Source: Octopus vulgaris (Eukaryota). Taken from it: a stretch of DNA of 64,000 bases. Below the pieces are notes generated by a model. It was not told where the DNA came from and searched no databases. It worked only from the letters and a program-made list of their open reading frames with translations. This document shows, piece after piece, positions 14,071-31,732 of this stretch. Position numbers and translations under genes: made by a program. Location of the stretch: positions 1,488,001-1,552,000 of the forward strand of contig OX597832.1 of NCBI GenBank assembly GCA_951406725.2, in the 5' to 3' direction. Within the stretch, counting starts at the first letter, position 1. The number at the start of each line of letters is the position of its first letter.

Positions 14071-14210
14071 TTATAGAGTGAAACAAGATAAAAGGATAAC
14101 TATAACAACCATCTCATCGACAAAGAAAATCCATATTGTATGATTGAAAACCGAAGACTCTGTCATTCCTTGTTCGCATTCATAAGCGATTCCGTACCTT
14201 TCTCCAGTAT
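14071..14210 (-). pseudogene. Terminal exon 6: (D)TGERYGIAYECEQGMTESSVFNHTIWIFFVDEMVVIVILLSCFTL*
   Basis: Acceptor ctatttcttttatctAG, phase 1, open to TAA; small residues (ESS) followed by a hydrophobic tail. Confidence 0.65.
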
Positions 14211-15096
14211 CTAGATAAAAGAAATAGTGTAGAGTCAAGTGTTTTGTCTTGAGCTATAATGTACCACTTGCTGCGTTGCTTAACATCACTGAAGTTATGA
14301 CACATGAAGTTACTATCCAATATTGATTGAGCTGCTTTACCTCTAAGGCTTCTTCATACTAAAGGCTTTATAACAATGGTAACAATTCTGGTTTCTGTAA
14401 TGCCAACAGATAAGTAGAAAATCTTTATTTTTGCCTAACGCAAGTTTTTTGCATTTTACTCAACTCGGTAAAGGAAATTATAATTCCTTGCCTAGCTTCA
14501 AAACAAAGCTCCTGTAGGAATTAAATTACAATCAGGAAATTTCGTCTCTCTATCAGCAATTCTATAACAAATATATCCTAATAGTTACAATTTCAGATAA
14601 ATTGTTCATGAATCATGGATTCAAGTCTCCTGGTCTGGTAGGCATCATTGAATATTGTTCTTTCAAGTTAGCGGAGCCAATTTCAGTATAGTTAGATCAG
14701 AGTCGAAGTAAATAGTCCCACCGCTTAATTTTATATTTCTACGATAAGTGCTTTAGAGGGATCCCTGTTTTCATCTGGGTGGTATAGATTTTAGAGCACT
14801 TGAGTTTCTCACCTACCAAATACGATATATTACTGATGTCAACATACGTCACTGATATATCGGTTTGTCTAATTCCTCTACGACTCTGGCTATTAATGTT
14901 CTCTATGAGAATTAATTCTTCATTCTCTCTCTCTTTCTTTCAAGACAAAGCGAGAGAGTGAGGTGGGGGGTACAGTACGTTTTGTGACGTATTATACTCC
15001 ACAGAAAATGGATTTACACTACAATTCTACAGAGTACATTCTTTCTTGACATTAAAGTATTTATTTGAAATATAAAATTAATGTTTAGTGTATATA

Positions 15097-15790
15097 CGAG
15101 GGTCGTTCAATAAGTAATGCCCCTGACCCACTTCCCATAGCAGTAGAGCAACGAAACTTGGCACAGTTATTAGTCTTTTTCTACATAGGAACCACTCAGA
15201 GTTACGCATTTCTCCCATCGTTTGATGCAGCTCTGGAGACCGTTTTTGTAGAAGACCCCAGCTTGGTCCTCCAACCACGATGTGACTTCAGAAATCAAGG
15301 CTGCATTATCTGGGAAACGCTTTCCTTTCAAGAGCAACTTCATGGCTGGAAAGAGGTGAAAATCAGAGGGTGCAAGGTCAGAAGAGTAGGGGGATGGGGG
15401 AGGAGTTCATATCCGCACGCCTGTGCTTCTGATCTGGCGACACGCGAGTTGTGGACCGGAGCGTTGTCCTGCAGGAGGAGGATGCCTTTGCTGATCTTGC
15501 CCCGCCTCTTGATTTTGATAGCTTCTCTTAATTTCCTCAAAAGTGAAGCATAATAGGCTCCTGTAATTGTGGTACCCTTTGCCAGGAAATCTGTCATCAC
15601 TACTCCGTCCTAGTCCTAGAAGACTGTGAGCATGACCTTGCCAGCGGAGGGCTGCACCCTTGCCTTCTTTGGAGGAGGTGAGTCACGGTGCTTCCACTGC
15701 ATTGACTGGGCTTTGGTCTCTGGATCATCGTGATGGACCCAGGTTTCATCCTGTGTTATCAGTCTTTTGAAAAATTTTGACTCATCTTCC
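15097..15790 (-). mobile_element. Mariner (irritans-like) 3' half with one TIR
   Basis: TA + CGAGGGTCGTTCAATAAGTAATG end; ITQDETWVHH, SAGKVML, LLQDNAPVH, SSDLAPSDFHLF, KRWEKCV. Confidence 0.9.
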
Positions 15791-15818
15791 TAATCATCGG
15801 GAAATGTCTCCGATATAC

Positions 15819-16044
15819 CAATGTTCATTTTAGGGCGACATTCCAGTTTTTCCACGAAATATTTGCATGTGCAATTATAATGCAAATGCTATGGTTGACA
15901 TTCCATTCAATCGCTGTTGGCGACTAACACTCTTGCAGTATAATAAATTTATTTGTAATATTGTCGCTGACCCAACAAATGGAGCCAATTGCTTGAACAT
16001 TCATAATCAGAATTATGCATCAGCCATGTGGCCATTTTTATTGG
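15819..16044 (-). pseudogene. Exon 5: PIKMATWLMHNSDYECSSNWLHLLGQRQYYK*IYYTARVLVANSD*MECQP*HLHYNCTCKYFVEKLECRPKMNI
   Basis: Strong acceptor ttttcttctcttttgaAG, donor G|GTATAT; 226 nt = phase 0 in, phase 1 out, joining exon 6 in frame; three stops. Confidence 0.65.
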
Positions 16045-16399
16045 CTTCAAAAGAGAAGAAAATAGCAAATGTACTTTTCTTGTACTCTAGGAAATTTAAC
16101 GGTGTAGAGGAGGTGAAATAATTGCGACAGTATATTGAAACCAGACTGAAAACTCTATTCGAATAGCTTATATCTTACTCTAAATGCATTCACCAATGGA
16201 TTAAAAAAACACGCAATCTGTAATTACAACTGTTATGCATGCACACGTTACATTAAATAAAAATATTTCTTGGCGTCTAAACTCATCTTAATCGAGAGTA
16301 GATTTTGGTTTCACTATTCCTGGGAGGGTCATGGGGTAAGGATCTTCAGGTACTTTCTCGATAGGGTCCTATCAGAAGAGACCATCGCTTCACTTTCCT

Positions 16400-16860
16400 G
16401 CTGGACACCCAAGCATAACGAATTGTGACTATGGATATTATCCAACCTAGTGGAGGAAGCCAAACGCTATCGGATATATATAGTCGGTGTCTACGTTATA
16501 GGTTTCCGTGGCTCTGGTGCCGCAGATTTGGATGGAGAGTAGAAATTCGACTACTCTGGTATGGTGCCAACTGTACAGGCGAGAGTGTAGGTACTCACAA
16601 GTCCCAGGCTGCTGGATTGTGTTTTGGAAGGGATCTCACTAAATGAGAGAGATTGCCTCCTGAACTTTAGGTTGAAGGAAGAACAGCTGTAGCTGTTACA
16701 AGAATGTGAACGAAACAGCGAGTCCAAATACAAATCCTTCCTTGGCGAAGTCATGGCAGCCTTTGATGTAGTTAAGACCGAATCATTTGCCAAACAAAGA
16801 GACTTCAATGCACATGCTGGCACTGATCACCAGACTTGGAGAGAGTGATTGAGAACAATA
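16400..16860 (+). mobile_element. RTE-clade LINE, apurinic endonuclease remnant
   Basis: Degenerate RGSGAADLDGE, VLTSPRL, SKYKSFLGEV, DFNAHAGTDHQTWR motifs. Confidence 0.7.
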
Positions 16861-16864
16861 GTGA

Positions 16865-17370
16865 CCCTGAACTCAGTCAAAATAGACCAACAAAATCATC
16901 ATCAAATGTGAGCTTCTCTGAGATGATTTTTTTGGTCGCAGTGATTATGATCTAAGCCACTTTGTCGACAAGCATTTTGTTTCGACACCGTGTTTCGTCA
17001 ATCATTATGGCTCTTTTCAGAAAGTTTTCATCAGCATTCCAACGATCAAGCAGCTTCTGGATGATAACGATTCAGTTCTCTGTTTTGGTCGTCGGTCAGC
17101 AGTCAGGGTGCAAATTTTTCCAATTTGCAACGGAATTTCATACGAACATCATTTTTTCAAATCCTTTATTGAACTGTAACTTGCAACAAATACACTAAAC
17201 AAACGCTCAGTCTAGCATATATTGATCAATGACTAACTGACAAGGCGAGCTGTAGCTTTTATTAGATTAAAGATTTTGATCACTCATACACAGCGATTCG
17301 GTGGTGAATATGCTGTATTGGCTGATTGGTGCGCCGTTTTGGAAGTGCAGTTTCTGTTTGAAGAGAGCTT
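16865..17370 (-). mobile_element. Internally deleted mariner remnant
   Basis: KFAP*LLTDDQ, LLDRWNADENFLKRAIMIDET, RPKK, VYFD in shifting frames. Confidence 0.7.
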
Positions 17371-18249
17371 CTATATATATACAGTTGCCCCTAACTATAC
17401 GGCAGATTGTTACCGCTCAAATTTAAGCTGTGTAAATCGGGACCGTGGGTTTTCTGAGATATTGCTAAAAAAGGGAAACAAGATTTAAACAATAACTGAT
17501 TGAGATAGGAATAATAAATACGATTATCGTGTGTATGTGTGTATGTGTGTGTGCGTGTGTGTGCGTGCGTGCGTGTGTGTATGTGCGTGTGTGTATGTGT
17601 GTGTGTGTGTGCACGCGTAAGTGTGTATTCACAATGATATACACACAGGAAAAAATTAGCAACCAGTGGCTAGAAAATATCACCTATTGGAACCTGATAA
17701 ACAATTACTACAATGTCGACATTTATGAGAAATGATTGAATACAACCCCACTAATTTTACTTCGTAAACAACAAATAAAAATAATAACTGGGGTGTCAGA
17801 GCAACAGAGAACAACTAAGGGAGCAAATCTCTTTAAATAGAATAGATATAGAAGTGCGACTTCTAAAATTAAGAACAAAGATTAATGAAAACAAATAAAA
17901 TAAAGAAAGTGAGCTACAAATGAAAGATTATAACAAAAAGGCAGAAGGGCTACCCTTATTAAACATTTTGAACCTCTGGAAAGGAGACTGTGAAAATATA
18001 GAACTTGTGTGCTCCGATGATGAGAGGGAAAAACAATAACTGGATTCTAACATTGTGGAGAGGAGTTTAAGAGAAAATACAACTCAGACAACCCTTTCAT
18101 AAAGAAAATTTACGAAATACCAAAGGCCCAAAGCAAAACTGGACCATTTCAAAACAAATAGAAACAATAGGAATGGAAAGAAAACAGTCAAAAATGATAC
18201 ACAAATAATCAATTATACCAACAATTCAAATCTCTTGAAAACTACAAGA

Positions 18250-18935
18250 AACAACTACGTAATAGAAATCATCAGAACCACAGAAAGCATGGACATGAAA
18301 TCCAAAAAAAATTTTATACAGGCACATTCGCACCAGTAATTACTTTGAGCAAAATACCAATATTGAATGAGCAGCAAAAACTTACACCCACTTCCTTGAA
18401 ATGAAAATATAATATCATAGAATTCTATTGAAAACTTATACTAGCCGAACCCTTTTGGAAAGAGAAATAATAATGACGATGAATCACTAGCAAAGCGTAA
18501 AAGTAGATTCTGCCTGAAGAAAGACAAGAATAAAGCCCTTGATACTTTCTGTGAACACTTTATTAATTTTTCTTTTCAACTGAAAGAAAATAGTAATATA
18601 AAGTCAACTTTCTCTAAGCAAGAATGAAAAAAAAAATTAATTAATCTACAGAAGACACTTAAATTACAGTTAAAGAAGCCGATAAAGGTAGTGTTGTTAC
18701 TATGATGGATGGTATAAAGAACTTTACTTAAAATGCTAGAAAACAATAACTATTATTAAAAACTAGACAACGATAAACAAAGGTAATGAGATATCTCCTG
18801 ACTTTATTGAATGAATACAGTAAACGTTTGACATCTAAAGAATTTGACTATACCAGCAACTTCAGAAGCAAAACCAGAATTTTCTATCATCTAGCAAAAT
18901 AGAAAGAAAAAAAAGTTCTATGTAATGCTAGTATA
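18250..18935 (+). mobile_element. Penelope-like RT N-terminal remnant
   Basis: KITVKEADKGSVVTMMD (about 18660-18710) and FYHLAK (FYGLPKIHK-like, about 18880); heavily decayed. Confidence 0.7.
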
Positions 18936-19560
18936 TCAAAATACCATCTGCAGATGATGGGTCGTGCAGCCATTGATGTACCACTCACTGCTCATCTTCG
19001 TCCGTAGCAAATCGTCAACCCCGAAAAGGATGTTTGAGCGGTCTAAACATCTGATAGTCAGACGTGACGAGATCTGGTCAGTATGCAGGGTATTCTCGCT
19101 ACTCGAAACCCAGTTTTTCAATGGTTTCAACGGTGTGTGCAGCTATATGTACTATGACAGTAGACATCGGGTTCTGGAGCGAATTGTTGGTTTCAGTTTG
19201 TTGACCAGCATTTCGCTACAGCCTACTCTGCTAACTATAGACCCCTTTTCCAGGTAATATTCCAGTAGAGGCCCTTTTGCACCCCCCCCCCCCAAACGGT
19301 TAGTATCTCTTTTTCTGCGGCGATTCCGGGTGTTTTCATTCCATACTTTGCCTTTTAGATTGTGGCTCAAAGTGATGGACCAATATTTCATATGCTGTAA
19401 CTATTCTCTCCAAAAGAGCCCCGCCCTCATCGTTGAAGCGGTCGAGTAAGCATTGCCAGGTCTCAACATTATTGCACTTACGCGCGTCGGTAAGCTCTCT
19501 TCAGGACACATTCTACATTGGGAAACTTCTATACTGGGGAGACTTCTAAGTGTTTAGCTG
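18936..19560 (-). mobile_element. Mariner transposase remnant
   Basis: GPLLEYYLEKGS..KLKPTIRS; YPAY*PDLVTSDYQMFRPLK..RFATDED..VHQWL. Confidence 0.8.
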
Positions 19561-20440
19561 AGAGGCTACATAAACACTTGCGGGAGTATACGGAAAAAAA
19601 AACAAAACAAAAAAAAAGAAAAAACATTCATTGATCAACATAGCGGCATGCTGAATCAAATTAGTATAGAAATGTTGTCTAAACACCCGAGAGACACCAT
19701 TATAACAGATACATGAGTCGGTTCTCATAAATGACACCGTGTCACTAGTTGAATCTCTGAAATGAGATGAAAACGCTAAATAAATAATTATCCAAAATTA
19801 TAACGACTTTCTGCTTCTCAACACACACACACATTCTTAGACATATGAGAACTGGAACATTGGGTACTATCTTCTATCCAAAACTACAGATATTTTTTCC
19901 AATGTTGCCATACTTTATCATTATTAAATTTTTAAAGATCCGGTGATTATAAAACCACTGATTTTTTTCTACGTTTCTAATGACGTACTATTTGTATTTT
20001 ACAATTGGTGTAATAGCCTTTTTTTTTAAAGAAAAATCAACTTTTGGGACTCATAAATATCCAGTTGTGTTAATATTCAGTAAAATATGACATAAACAAA
20101 ATTAATTTATACTTTTACTTAGAGCGAGGCGTACCTTATTATTGAAGGAATAAAATTTAACAATAATGAAGTAAACTGAAAAGCTTCAACGGAAACGACG
20201 AAACTGTATTTCTGTATATGTAAAATACATAAAAAATATTAGAAATCGACTCAAACGCAATCGCACTAATGAGAAAGTCTACAAGCCGACAAGTGAGATT
20301 TTTGAGACAACTCTATGCAAATACATACGTATGTATGTGTGTGTACGTGTTTACACACAGACACACGCACACATACATACATATATTCATACAGATATAT
20401 ATATATATATATATATATGTTTCATCCTTTAGAAGAGACA

Positions 20441-20862
<422 letters not shown>

Positions 20863-21289
20863 GAAAGAAGGTTTGAAAATGCAATTTTAAAAGATGTTTA
20901 TTTACTTTACCGGTTTCACTCTTTGGAAAAAGATTGTCAAAAGTAACATGTAAAAGTTTGGTTGTGTTAATTATTGGTTGTTACAAAATGCTACATTACA
21001 TATATACAGTCTTTGGTAACAAGAACATGTTAAGAACATAAGAAAGTTTAACAAGTTCCTTAAAATATTGGGCACAAAAGATTACAACATAAATATACAT
21101 TCTCAAGAAAATGTTAAAGATATTTTCCAGAAGGAATTATTAAAAAGTTCAGTGGAATATTTGTATTGTATCTGTATATTCAAACACGCACAGAATATTG
21201 GTTGTCACAGAGTACTACAATACATATATATACATTCTTTGGGGACAAGAGCATGTTAAGAACATAAAAATGTTTAACAATTGTTAAAT

Positions 21290-21690
21290 GAATCAGTTCA
21301 GTCCAAGAATTTCTGTATGCAACATATCCTCCGTTCTTTATGAAGCTCAGGTACCATCAAACTAAGCGTTATATTGAATCAGGGGAAGGAAAATTCAATT
21401 CCAAATACAACAACCATCTTTCTACCTTTAGGCTCCGCGAAGAAACAAACATGTAACAACCCTCGTGGCATTAATCTGGAAACTTAAAGACGAAAACATC
21501 AACTATAACCTCAAATGAAAACTCCGTTCCAAGATCAAAATCTATAATATAAAGATTACTCGATTTATTGCCTCGTTAAACTTTAAAGAATCTTAGGAAC
21601 CTCTAATCATTGTGTAAATTCCGGAAACAAGATGTTTTCGTTATGTCCGTATTTAAAAAATACATTTTAGCGGAACTTAAGTATAGACAA
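21290..21690 (+). mobile_element. Penelope-like GIY-YIG remnant
   Basis: KRYIESGEGKFNSKYNNHLSTFR..TTLVALIWKLKDENINYNLK*K. Confidence 0.75.
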
Positions 21691-22056
21691 CCGCACATAT
21701 CATGAACCTTTCCAGTCTGGTTACGCAATTCTGATATGCGTAAGACACTGGTTATGTTTGTTGTAGGGTTGATTATCTCCCCACTGTTTTTTCTCCATGT
21801 GATTCCACTGTTTTGTTTTTTCGATACGTACGTTCTATTTAAACGTCAACAACTTCGAACGCAGTCTTGTTCTTTTAACAGCTTGGAAAATGGCGAAATA
21901 AGTTAATATTTCGACCATGAATCCCTGAATACCTGTATTTTATATCAGGTGTAGTTTTTTATTATAAGATAGTTACTCTCTTGGCTGATCAAGTGCCGTA
22001 TTACTTGCTGAAACCTTATCACACACTACATACATATACATACACATTCATTTATT

Positions 22057-22096
<40 letters not shown>

Positions 22097-22264
22097 ATAT
22101 ACACACACATTTATACATAAGACAACCGTTATGGTCAGTCCGATGCCCGGGCGTGTGTAATTACTGCTCATATGAAGGCAATATATCAAATATTAGAAAT
22201 GTTGAGCTACAGAATGCGGTAAGATTGCATGCGATTATTTCTACGTAAATGTTTTAAACATTAC

Positions 22265-22275
22265 ATGTATGTATG

Positions 22276-22337
<62 letters not shown>

Positions 22338-22380
22338 TGTATGTATGTATGTATGTATGTATGTATGTATGTATGTATGT
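22265..22380. repeat. (TATG)n microsatellite
   Basis: Directly visible. Confidence 0.95.
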
Positions 22381-22384
22381 CAAC

Positions 22385-23330
22385 GTTGACAGTCCTGTTC
22401 AGGAAACATATCTGGCACGGACGCATGCAGGCTACAAGACTTGCTATTGATCTGGCATTTTTTAAATATACTTTATAAGGCAAACCAGTTGGTTCAGGAG
22501 GTGATCCTCATCTGCCTTCTTCTTCTACACTTTCACTTATTTCCAGGATACACAGCTGCTGTCAAGTTTGTTTCCTGGTAATTCAGCTCTGCTGGCATCA
22601 AGGGCATGGTTTTTGAGATTGTGATTTTGGTCTCAGAAACGCTTCTACATATTATCTGGGGCTGGTCAATCTCCCTGATTTAGTTTCACCCAGCAGTATT
22701 CGATTGAACTTAAGCAGGATTTTGGTAAACTGCGTACGTTCGCTTTCTTCCACTGCTTTTGGATTCTTTCTGTCTTTCTAAGTCTGTCCAAACGTTCTTG
22801 GAGCTGACTTGTCAAATTCTTGACACCTTCCATTTCATTGCTAGATCTCTTACAGTGCATATTGAAGGTCATGACTTCTCTCCTCAGGTGAAGTATCTCT
22901 CTTCTGCTATGCTACTTCTTGATTTTAGTAGTAACTTGTCTGACTTCTGTTCCAAAGCGATCTCTTTCCAGACTGAACATGATAGTTACAAGGACATTTA
23001 CCTTTAGCTCAGCAATACCTGCTGACGTTCATTTTAGCTGTTGCCATTCTTTGTTTTTTTTTCATCTTTGGCTATTTGATTCGATTTCTCGCTGGGTAGG
23101 ATCGGCCCTCTGGGAACTTGAGGCAATACAGGGGCTGAGAGACTTCCAGTTGCGTGCGGTGCTTCCTTTCCAAAGATTCTCCTTTGCTTTGCCAGATGCT
23201 ACAACTGTGCACCACACCCGTGAATCGTCTTTTCCACAGCCAGTCTTGGTTTGCGGGTATTTCGAATCCTTTCATGTTCTTGCACATCTTTTCGCAATGA
23301 CATTTTACTTCCAGCATATTCCCAATTAAT
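22385..23330 (-). mobile_element. HERO/NeSL-type REL LINE, N-terminal remnant
   Basis: CHCEKMCKNMKG zinc finger, RIK*PKM..EWQQL, ERDRFG, LDRLRKTE, LLGETKSGRL, LPYKVY; truncated at the microsatellite before the RT core. Confidence 0.7.
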
Positions 23331-23524
23331 ATCTAAGGCAGTTTCTGTGTCCGTAAAATTTTCTGGTCATTACAATCGATTTTGTGCTTCTATGTAAAAA
23401 GTAGGTCAGAGTTTCGGTTCAGGATTTGGTTCATGAATGTGGCAGGGTTTGTTATTACATTTGTATGGTTGTGAGTGTGAGAGTATGTTCTACTTGATTC
23501 TAAACGGAGTGTTTTTGCTTTTAG

Positions 23525-24700
23525 TTGCCTATATGTTTGGATAGTGATATACCGCAGGCTACTCTTCAGAACAAGGATATCTTGATTAAATAAAAGTTTA
23601 CATTGTCGCAAGGAGGTACTTGTTAACACACGGAAGACTCAATCAGAGAGCACAGTAGGAGAGAGGAGAATATAAATGTAGAGAGAAATAAGGATTAAAA
23701 GAAGGAAAAAAGAAAAAATATAAGTGGTTCATAATCACCCACGCCAAGCCATACAGCAGCTATAATAAATGTGATCTCTGCATAGTCGGGGCCTCACCTA
23801 TTTTGCAATCCAGATTGTCTTAATTTACGCCGCAGTATAATTTTTACCTGTAAATATCGATCACTAAATCTATTCTCAAAATACAAATAACAACAACCCT
23901 GTTTTTCTCCCCTTACCTTCATAAATTTTCCCTCTTATCTACCTTTGCTACCACTATATATCAAACCTACAACATATCTTCCCTTCAATACCCTATTGTC
24001 ATTTACATACTTCTCTCTGTATTTTACCTTATCATAATTTTTTTCCATTTCACCAGCCTCCTCATCCCACCACTCTTTGTAAAATTACAAGTTCATACGC
24101 CAACATACACCTCTACTACTTCATACTGTAAACACGCTCACCACACACAATATACAATTGAAAACCAGTAGTAACCGCCACGATTCTTCCCCATTCTCTC
24201 TTACTTTCTTCATGTAAACCTTTTTTTCACCCTTGATCAAACATATTTCCCCACCCTCTTCCCTCCACATTATATTTTTCAAATACCACTCCCCTTGCTA
24301 ATTTCAGTGACTCGGCCAAAGCAGCCCCATTGAATACTACCTGTCAAATAACCTTGCTTAAATTCCTCTGACTCCTTTATTTTTCCCTCTTTTAATCCAT
24401 ATTTCTCTCTACATTTATATTCTCCTCTCCTACTATGCTCTCTACACATTCTGAGTGAATATTCTATGTGTTAACATGTACCTCCTTGCGACAATGTCAA
24501 CTTTCATTAAATCAAGATATCCTTGGCCTGAAGAGTTGTCTGCGGTATACACCTCGCTTGGATATTTACCATTTCCGAGGTTCCGCTTGCTATGAAACAT
24601 ATGTAGCCAGGATTTTATCAATTCCATTACTTAACTCTTGTATTCTTATTTGCGTATCTGGCAATCCTGGTCGCCTACCGTGAAATATAAAAAGAACTTT
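23525..24700 (+). mobile_element. 5'-truncated Penelope-like element with inverted pLTR
   Basis: Inverted arms 23548-23712 / 24375-24549; endonuclease C-terminus KWFIITHAKPYSSYNKCDLC at 23722-23812; hammerhead in the 3' arm. Confidence 0.8.
24519..24613 (+). ncRNA. Type I hammerhead ribozyme, intact core
   Basis: AUCCUUGGC CUGAAGA [stem II] GAAAC AUAU GUA^GCCAGGAU; 8-bp stem I with one bulge; palindromic stem III; predicted cut after 24605. Confidence 0.85.
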
Positions 24701-24843
24701 TTTCCGTTTATGACTCTTCGATACGAATGAAAATCCACAGTCTCCCCTCTAAATAAACGACTACTGTCCCTGGTAGTTCTTTTAAATATTTACTACAGTT
24801 TGCTTGAAGCTAACTTTCTTCCTACACTTCAATCCCTGGATCT

Positions 24844-24904
<61 letters not shown>

Positions 24905-24997
24905 TGTGTGCGTATGTGCGTGCGTATGTGTTATGTGTGTATGTGTATGTGTGTATGTGTGTGCATGTGTGCGTGTGTGCATGTATATATATATATG

Positions 24998-25052
<55 letters not shown>

Positions 25053-25087
25053 GAGTACATGTGTGTGTGTATAAAACATGCATATAT

Positions 25088-28329
<3,242 letters not shown>

Positions 28330-28333
<4 letters not shown>

Positions 28334-29130
28334 AAATGGATACTAAGACCAGAAAAATGCTGACAGTACACGCAGCCTTCCACTCTGCAATAGGCCAGGA
28401 CTATATCGAAGCAGAGAAAAATAGCTTAGGATGGTATGTAAAAAATGGTGTGGAGCCATTGTTGAAACATAGAAGAAGGCCGGCGTCATCAAAACTGAAA
28501 ACTGTGTAATGAAAGAAAAATTTGAACAAGAAATTAACAAAAGAAAAAAAGAAACTGCATGGAAGGAAAAAAATGTAAGATCAGTTTGCAAGGGATGTAA
28601 ATATCATAATGGATACAGAGGACCGGTAGCTATGGATGAGGAGGAGACAGAAGATAGAAACAGAAGACCAACTATGTGAAATGCAGAATAGACAACACTA
28701 TCGACAGCGGTAAATGCAAAATGCATGGTGAGAAGAGTGAAACGGTATGGCACATCGTTAGCGAATGCCCGAAATTGACACAACGCGAATACAAACGACA
28801 CTGTAACAATGTGGCAAGAACCATCCATTGGGAGGCCTGTGGAAATCACGGCTCACAAAGAGCAAAGACGTGGTATGAGCAAACCCCAGAAGGAGTCACC
28901 GAAAATGAGAAATGCAAAATCCTGTGGGATACAATGAACCAGTACAACCACCTGACCAGACATCAGAAACCGAGTATTGTTGTGGTGAATGAAAAAGAAC
29001 ATGCATGATAATCGACACAGCATGCCCCAATGACAACAGGATCAGAATGAAAGAAGAAGAAAAAAAACTATGATTTGAAGTGGGAAATACGAAGGTTGTG
29101 GCCAATGAAGAGAGTAGACGTGATACCAAT
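28330..29130 (+). mobile_element. Second, older R4/Dong-type fragment
   Basis: MDTKTRKMLT..AFH; SETVWHIVSECPKLTQREYKRH; ILWD..KPSIVVV; starts at the (TAA)n 28268-28330. Confidence 0.85.
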
Positions 29131-29355
29131 ATGTGTGTGTCTTTCTATCTTTCTGTTTGTCACCCACCACCGCTCGACAACTGATTTTGGTGCGTTTCCT
29201 TCCCCATATTCTAGCGGTTCAACCCATGAGGCCGATAGAATAAGTACTAGGCTTTAAAAAAGTAAGTACCGGGGTCAATTTACACGACTAAAATTCTCCA
29301 AGTCGGTGCCCCAGCATGGCCGCAGTCATGACTGAAAGAAGTGAAAGATAAGAGA
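29130..29355 (+). mobile_element. SINE family A, 3' half
   Basis: CCGATAGAATAAGTACTAGGC..CCAGCATGGCCGCAGTC..GACTGAAA. Confidence 0.85.
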
Positions 29356-29689
29356 AAATATTCTAACTTCTTGTTTTCTTTTGCCATATTGGTTTTTCTT
29401 TGTCTCGTTTGTATTTAAACCAGTAACAGATTCTGATTATCATAGCTCATAATATTCCCGATGATTTGATATAAACGCCATTGCATATTAATTTAATTCA
29501 AATTGATTATGTTTCTTAAATTCGTAATTATAAAATTTGTAATGTTTATTGCTAATGAAAGAACTGTTAAACGTAATTAAATTATGAGCGACTTGTGAAA
29601 CATGCTTTTTTGCTCTTTATTCTGAACGCGCGCGCGCACACTCACACGTACACACATAAATACATACATGTATACATACATATTTACAT

Positions 29690-30800
29690 GCATCCCTTGA
29701 CCAAACTTGCATTCATGAGGCTGATTACATCGTAAAACTTGGAAGGCAGCTCCTTGAGCAACATTCTTTGCCTGATAACCTAGAATACATATCCAAAGAA
29801 GTCGCACGACTCTACCGCAATGTATTATCAGATGAATGGATGAGCCTATATGAGCAGAAAACTATGCATGGATATGTTAGTAGGAAGTTCCAAGATGATG
29901 GTAACATTCATCATCAAAGCAGTTTATCATGGACGAATAACCGGATTATAGCCTCCCACTTTGAAGGGTATGCGTTTGCAGTCCAGGAACAGGAAGTATC
30001 AGCCAAGTACCTGATGCACAAAAGGGATAGAGAATCAGGAAAAGCAGTAAAGTGTGGCAACCGATGCAGACTTTGTGGAGTTAATACCGAAGATATTACC
30101 CACATCATAAGCAGTTGTCCGAAAATGTCATCACGGTATTATCTACCGATGAGACATGATGTTGTTGTTGAGACACTCTATAATGAAATTCTTCGGAAAG
30201 ATAACTCCGAGGACAAAGAAATAAGAACCCACAGTACGGAAGAAGCCATATCCACTCATAATAAAAAGGAGTACTGGTGGAATGGCTCAGAGATGACCTT
30301 AATAAAATGTAAGCACAACAGACCTGTTATAATGATTTGGGATAGAGAAGAAAACTGCACAGTTGTGGAAATTAGCTGTAGAACATAAAGCTGAAGATCA
30401 GTGAAAAAGAGAATACCTACGCTGAACTATTGAGAAATCTACAGTCACTCTATCCAGATTACAAGTTCAGGTTTAGACCTGTAATTATTGGGGACTTGGG
30501 ATATGTAACACACTGCCTAAATGCCAATCTTGAGAAAGTGGGCTTCTCCAAATCAGGAAAGGGACAACTAATTCGAAGACTACAGATCCAATCCATAACT
30601 GGTACTGTAAAAATCCGTAAAACTTTCCAGAAGTTAATCACTTAAATATATATGAGCATGTCTAGATATGCAAGTATATATGCATGAGAATACACACATA
30701 AAGCAAACCATACAAATCTGCACATATACATACATGCATACATACATGCATACATACACACACACATACAAACAAAATTACCCTGTTTTTGGTGTTGAAA
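29690..30800 (+). mobile_element. Third R4-clade REL LINE 3' fragment
   Basis: FEGYAFAVQEQE, CRLCGVNTEDITHIISSCP, RHDVV, RPVIMIWD, VVEISC, PVIIGDLG. Confidence 0.88.
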
Positions 30801-31530
30801 TTGCAACAAAAATATAGGTTGGGGCAAGTAATAATAGCGTCAAATAGCTTGAGAATAAAATTTATAATTATAATTAACTATAGTTACAATAGAGGGCACA
30901 CGTGGCGCCTACTTGTTATTATTATCAATTATTTAAATTTGCCGCTGATAATTATAACATGCGTATATAAACGTGTGCGGGTATGTACATATATGGGCGT
31001 GTGTGTGTGTGTGCGTGCGTGCATAAGAGTATGTCCGTATATGAACGTGGTTTAACCTTTGTATACTTACTTATGCCTTTTTTCTGTATTGTTACCCTTA
31101 GCCCTGTTGTTCTTGTGCTTGTGCGTATGTAGATGTATGTATGAACTTTTACGGTGAACGCGTGTGTGTGTGAGTTTGTATATATATATATGCATATATA
31201 TATATTTGTATATATATATGCATATATATGTGCATATATATTTGGCGAAAGATGCGAGTGAAAATGTGTACGTTTTCATAGTGATGTATGCGTACGCACG
31301 TGGGTGTGCGAGCGTACATATGTACGTATGAACAGACACGCTTACGCGTTTACTATAATCTTTTAACCTTATCTTAATTAGCGGTCTTTCGAATTAGCGT
31401 TTTTGTATAATTAGCGGTCTATAACGCAGTAATTTCCCTTTGTATAACGGTCTTTTTTCATAGCATTTTTCAGATGGCCAGATAACTGAAGAGATGGTGG
31501 TGTGGATTTCCACCACAGCATCCGAAGTTT

Positions 31531-31600
31531 AAATAATATGTGACAATCACTCGGTAGCCAAGATAAAACTTGGCTACTGAGTGATTGTCACATATTATTT
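31531..31600. repeat. Hairpin, 32-bp arms (1 mismatch), 6-nt loop
   Basis: AAATAATATGTGACAATCACTCGGTAGCCAAG / CTTGGCTACTGAGTGATTGTCACATATTATTT; same family as 52385-52608. Confidence 0.95.
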
Positions 31601-31629
31601 TTACAGATCTATATATATACATACATACA

Positions 31630-31665
<36 letters not shown>

Positions 31666-31666
31666 T

Positions 31667-31732
<66 letters not shown>

